From Eledone cirrhosa (taxonomy: Eukaryota), in contig OZ024756.1 in the NCBI GenBank assembly GCA_964016885.1, forward strand, positions 30,566,001 through 30,630,000: 64,000 nucleotides of DNA, in the 5' to 3' direction. This document shows positions 63,641 to 64,000 of this stretch, piece by piece; position 1 is the first letter of the stretch; every line of letters begins with the position of its first letter. The notes under the pieces are model-generated. The model was not told the DNA's origin. It saw only the letters and a program-made list of their open reading frames with translations, and did not search any database. The translations under genes were made by a program, and so were the position numbers.

Positions 63641-64000
63641 ATAATTTAAGACATTAGAGTGTAATTTAAAAGAGATGTGGCTGCTATTTCTCCAAAACCT
63701 ATCAAACATAATCATGTCAGATGACTTGATCATGTGATATCTCAATTCAGAGAAGTAGCGTCTCTTCCTGGAGGGACTCTCTGATCTCCAAGCTACAGAT
63801 AGGTCCAGCGATTCTTTCCGGAGACATTCTAACCCCATGCCCATAGTATCGGAGCTGTGATCTCTTAATTCGGAGAGGTAACGGCTCTACCTAAAGTGAC
63901 TCTTTGATCACGGAGCTACGCACTTTATCGAGTAACGTAGTCCCTGAGAAAAATCTCTCGTAGAAAACATCACCATATATAGATTTCTATGTAATCTAGA

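Overview
Very AT-rich, microsatellite-saturated eukaryotic DNA with no recognisable host gene; it reads as intergenic or a giant intron. The SINE content is consistent with a cephalopod (Octopus-like) genome, which is an inference. Almost all ORFs in the track are translations of (TA)n, (CA)n, (GA)n or (GAT)n. Real coding remnants are all mobile: an RTE-like LINE 3' end, three Tx1/L1-like 3' ends in (CTAT)n, an R4/Dong-like endonuclease 3' end in (TAA)n, and a Tc1/mariner transposase fragment. There are also two tRNA-derived SINE families, a hAT MITE with a perfect 8-bp TSD and mariner MITEs. The main unexplained structure is about 30 short (100-430 bp) non-coding inserts inside (TA)n tracts, from about 10 sequence families sharing one architecture. 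Two copies of the element meet head-to-head; one stops at a fixed internal point and the other runs through an extra 40-110 nt tail. Bodies carry hammerhead-like CTGATGA..GAAAC motifs. Tails of seven families carry a co-varying RCTC..GAGY stem just after the internal stop point. I infer a system of non-autonomous Penelope-like retroelements integrating by programmed twin priming into (TA)n. Family letters A-M are my own labels, and coordinates were read by eye.
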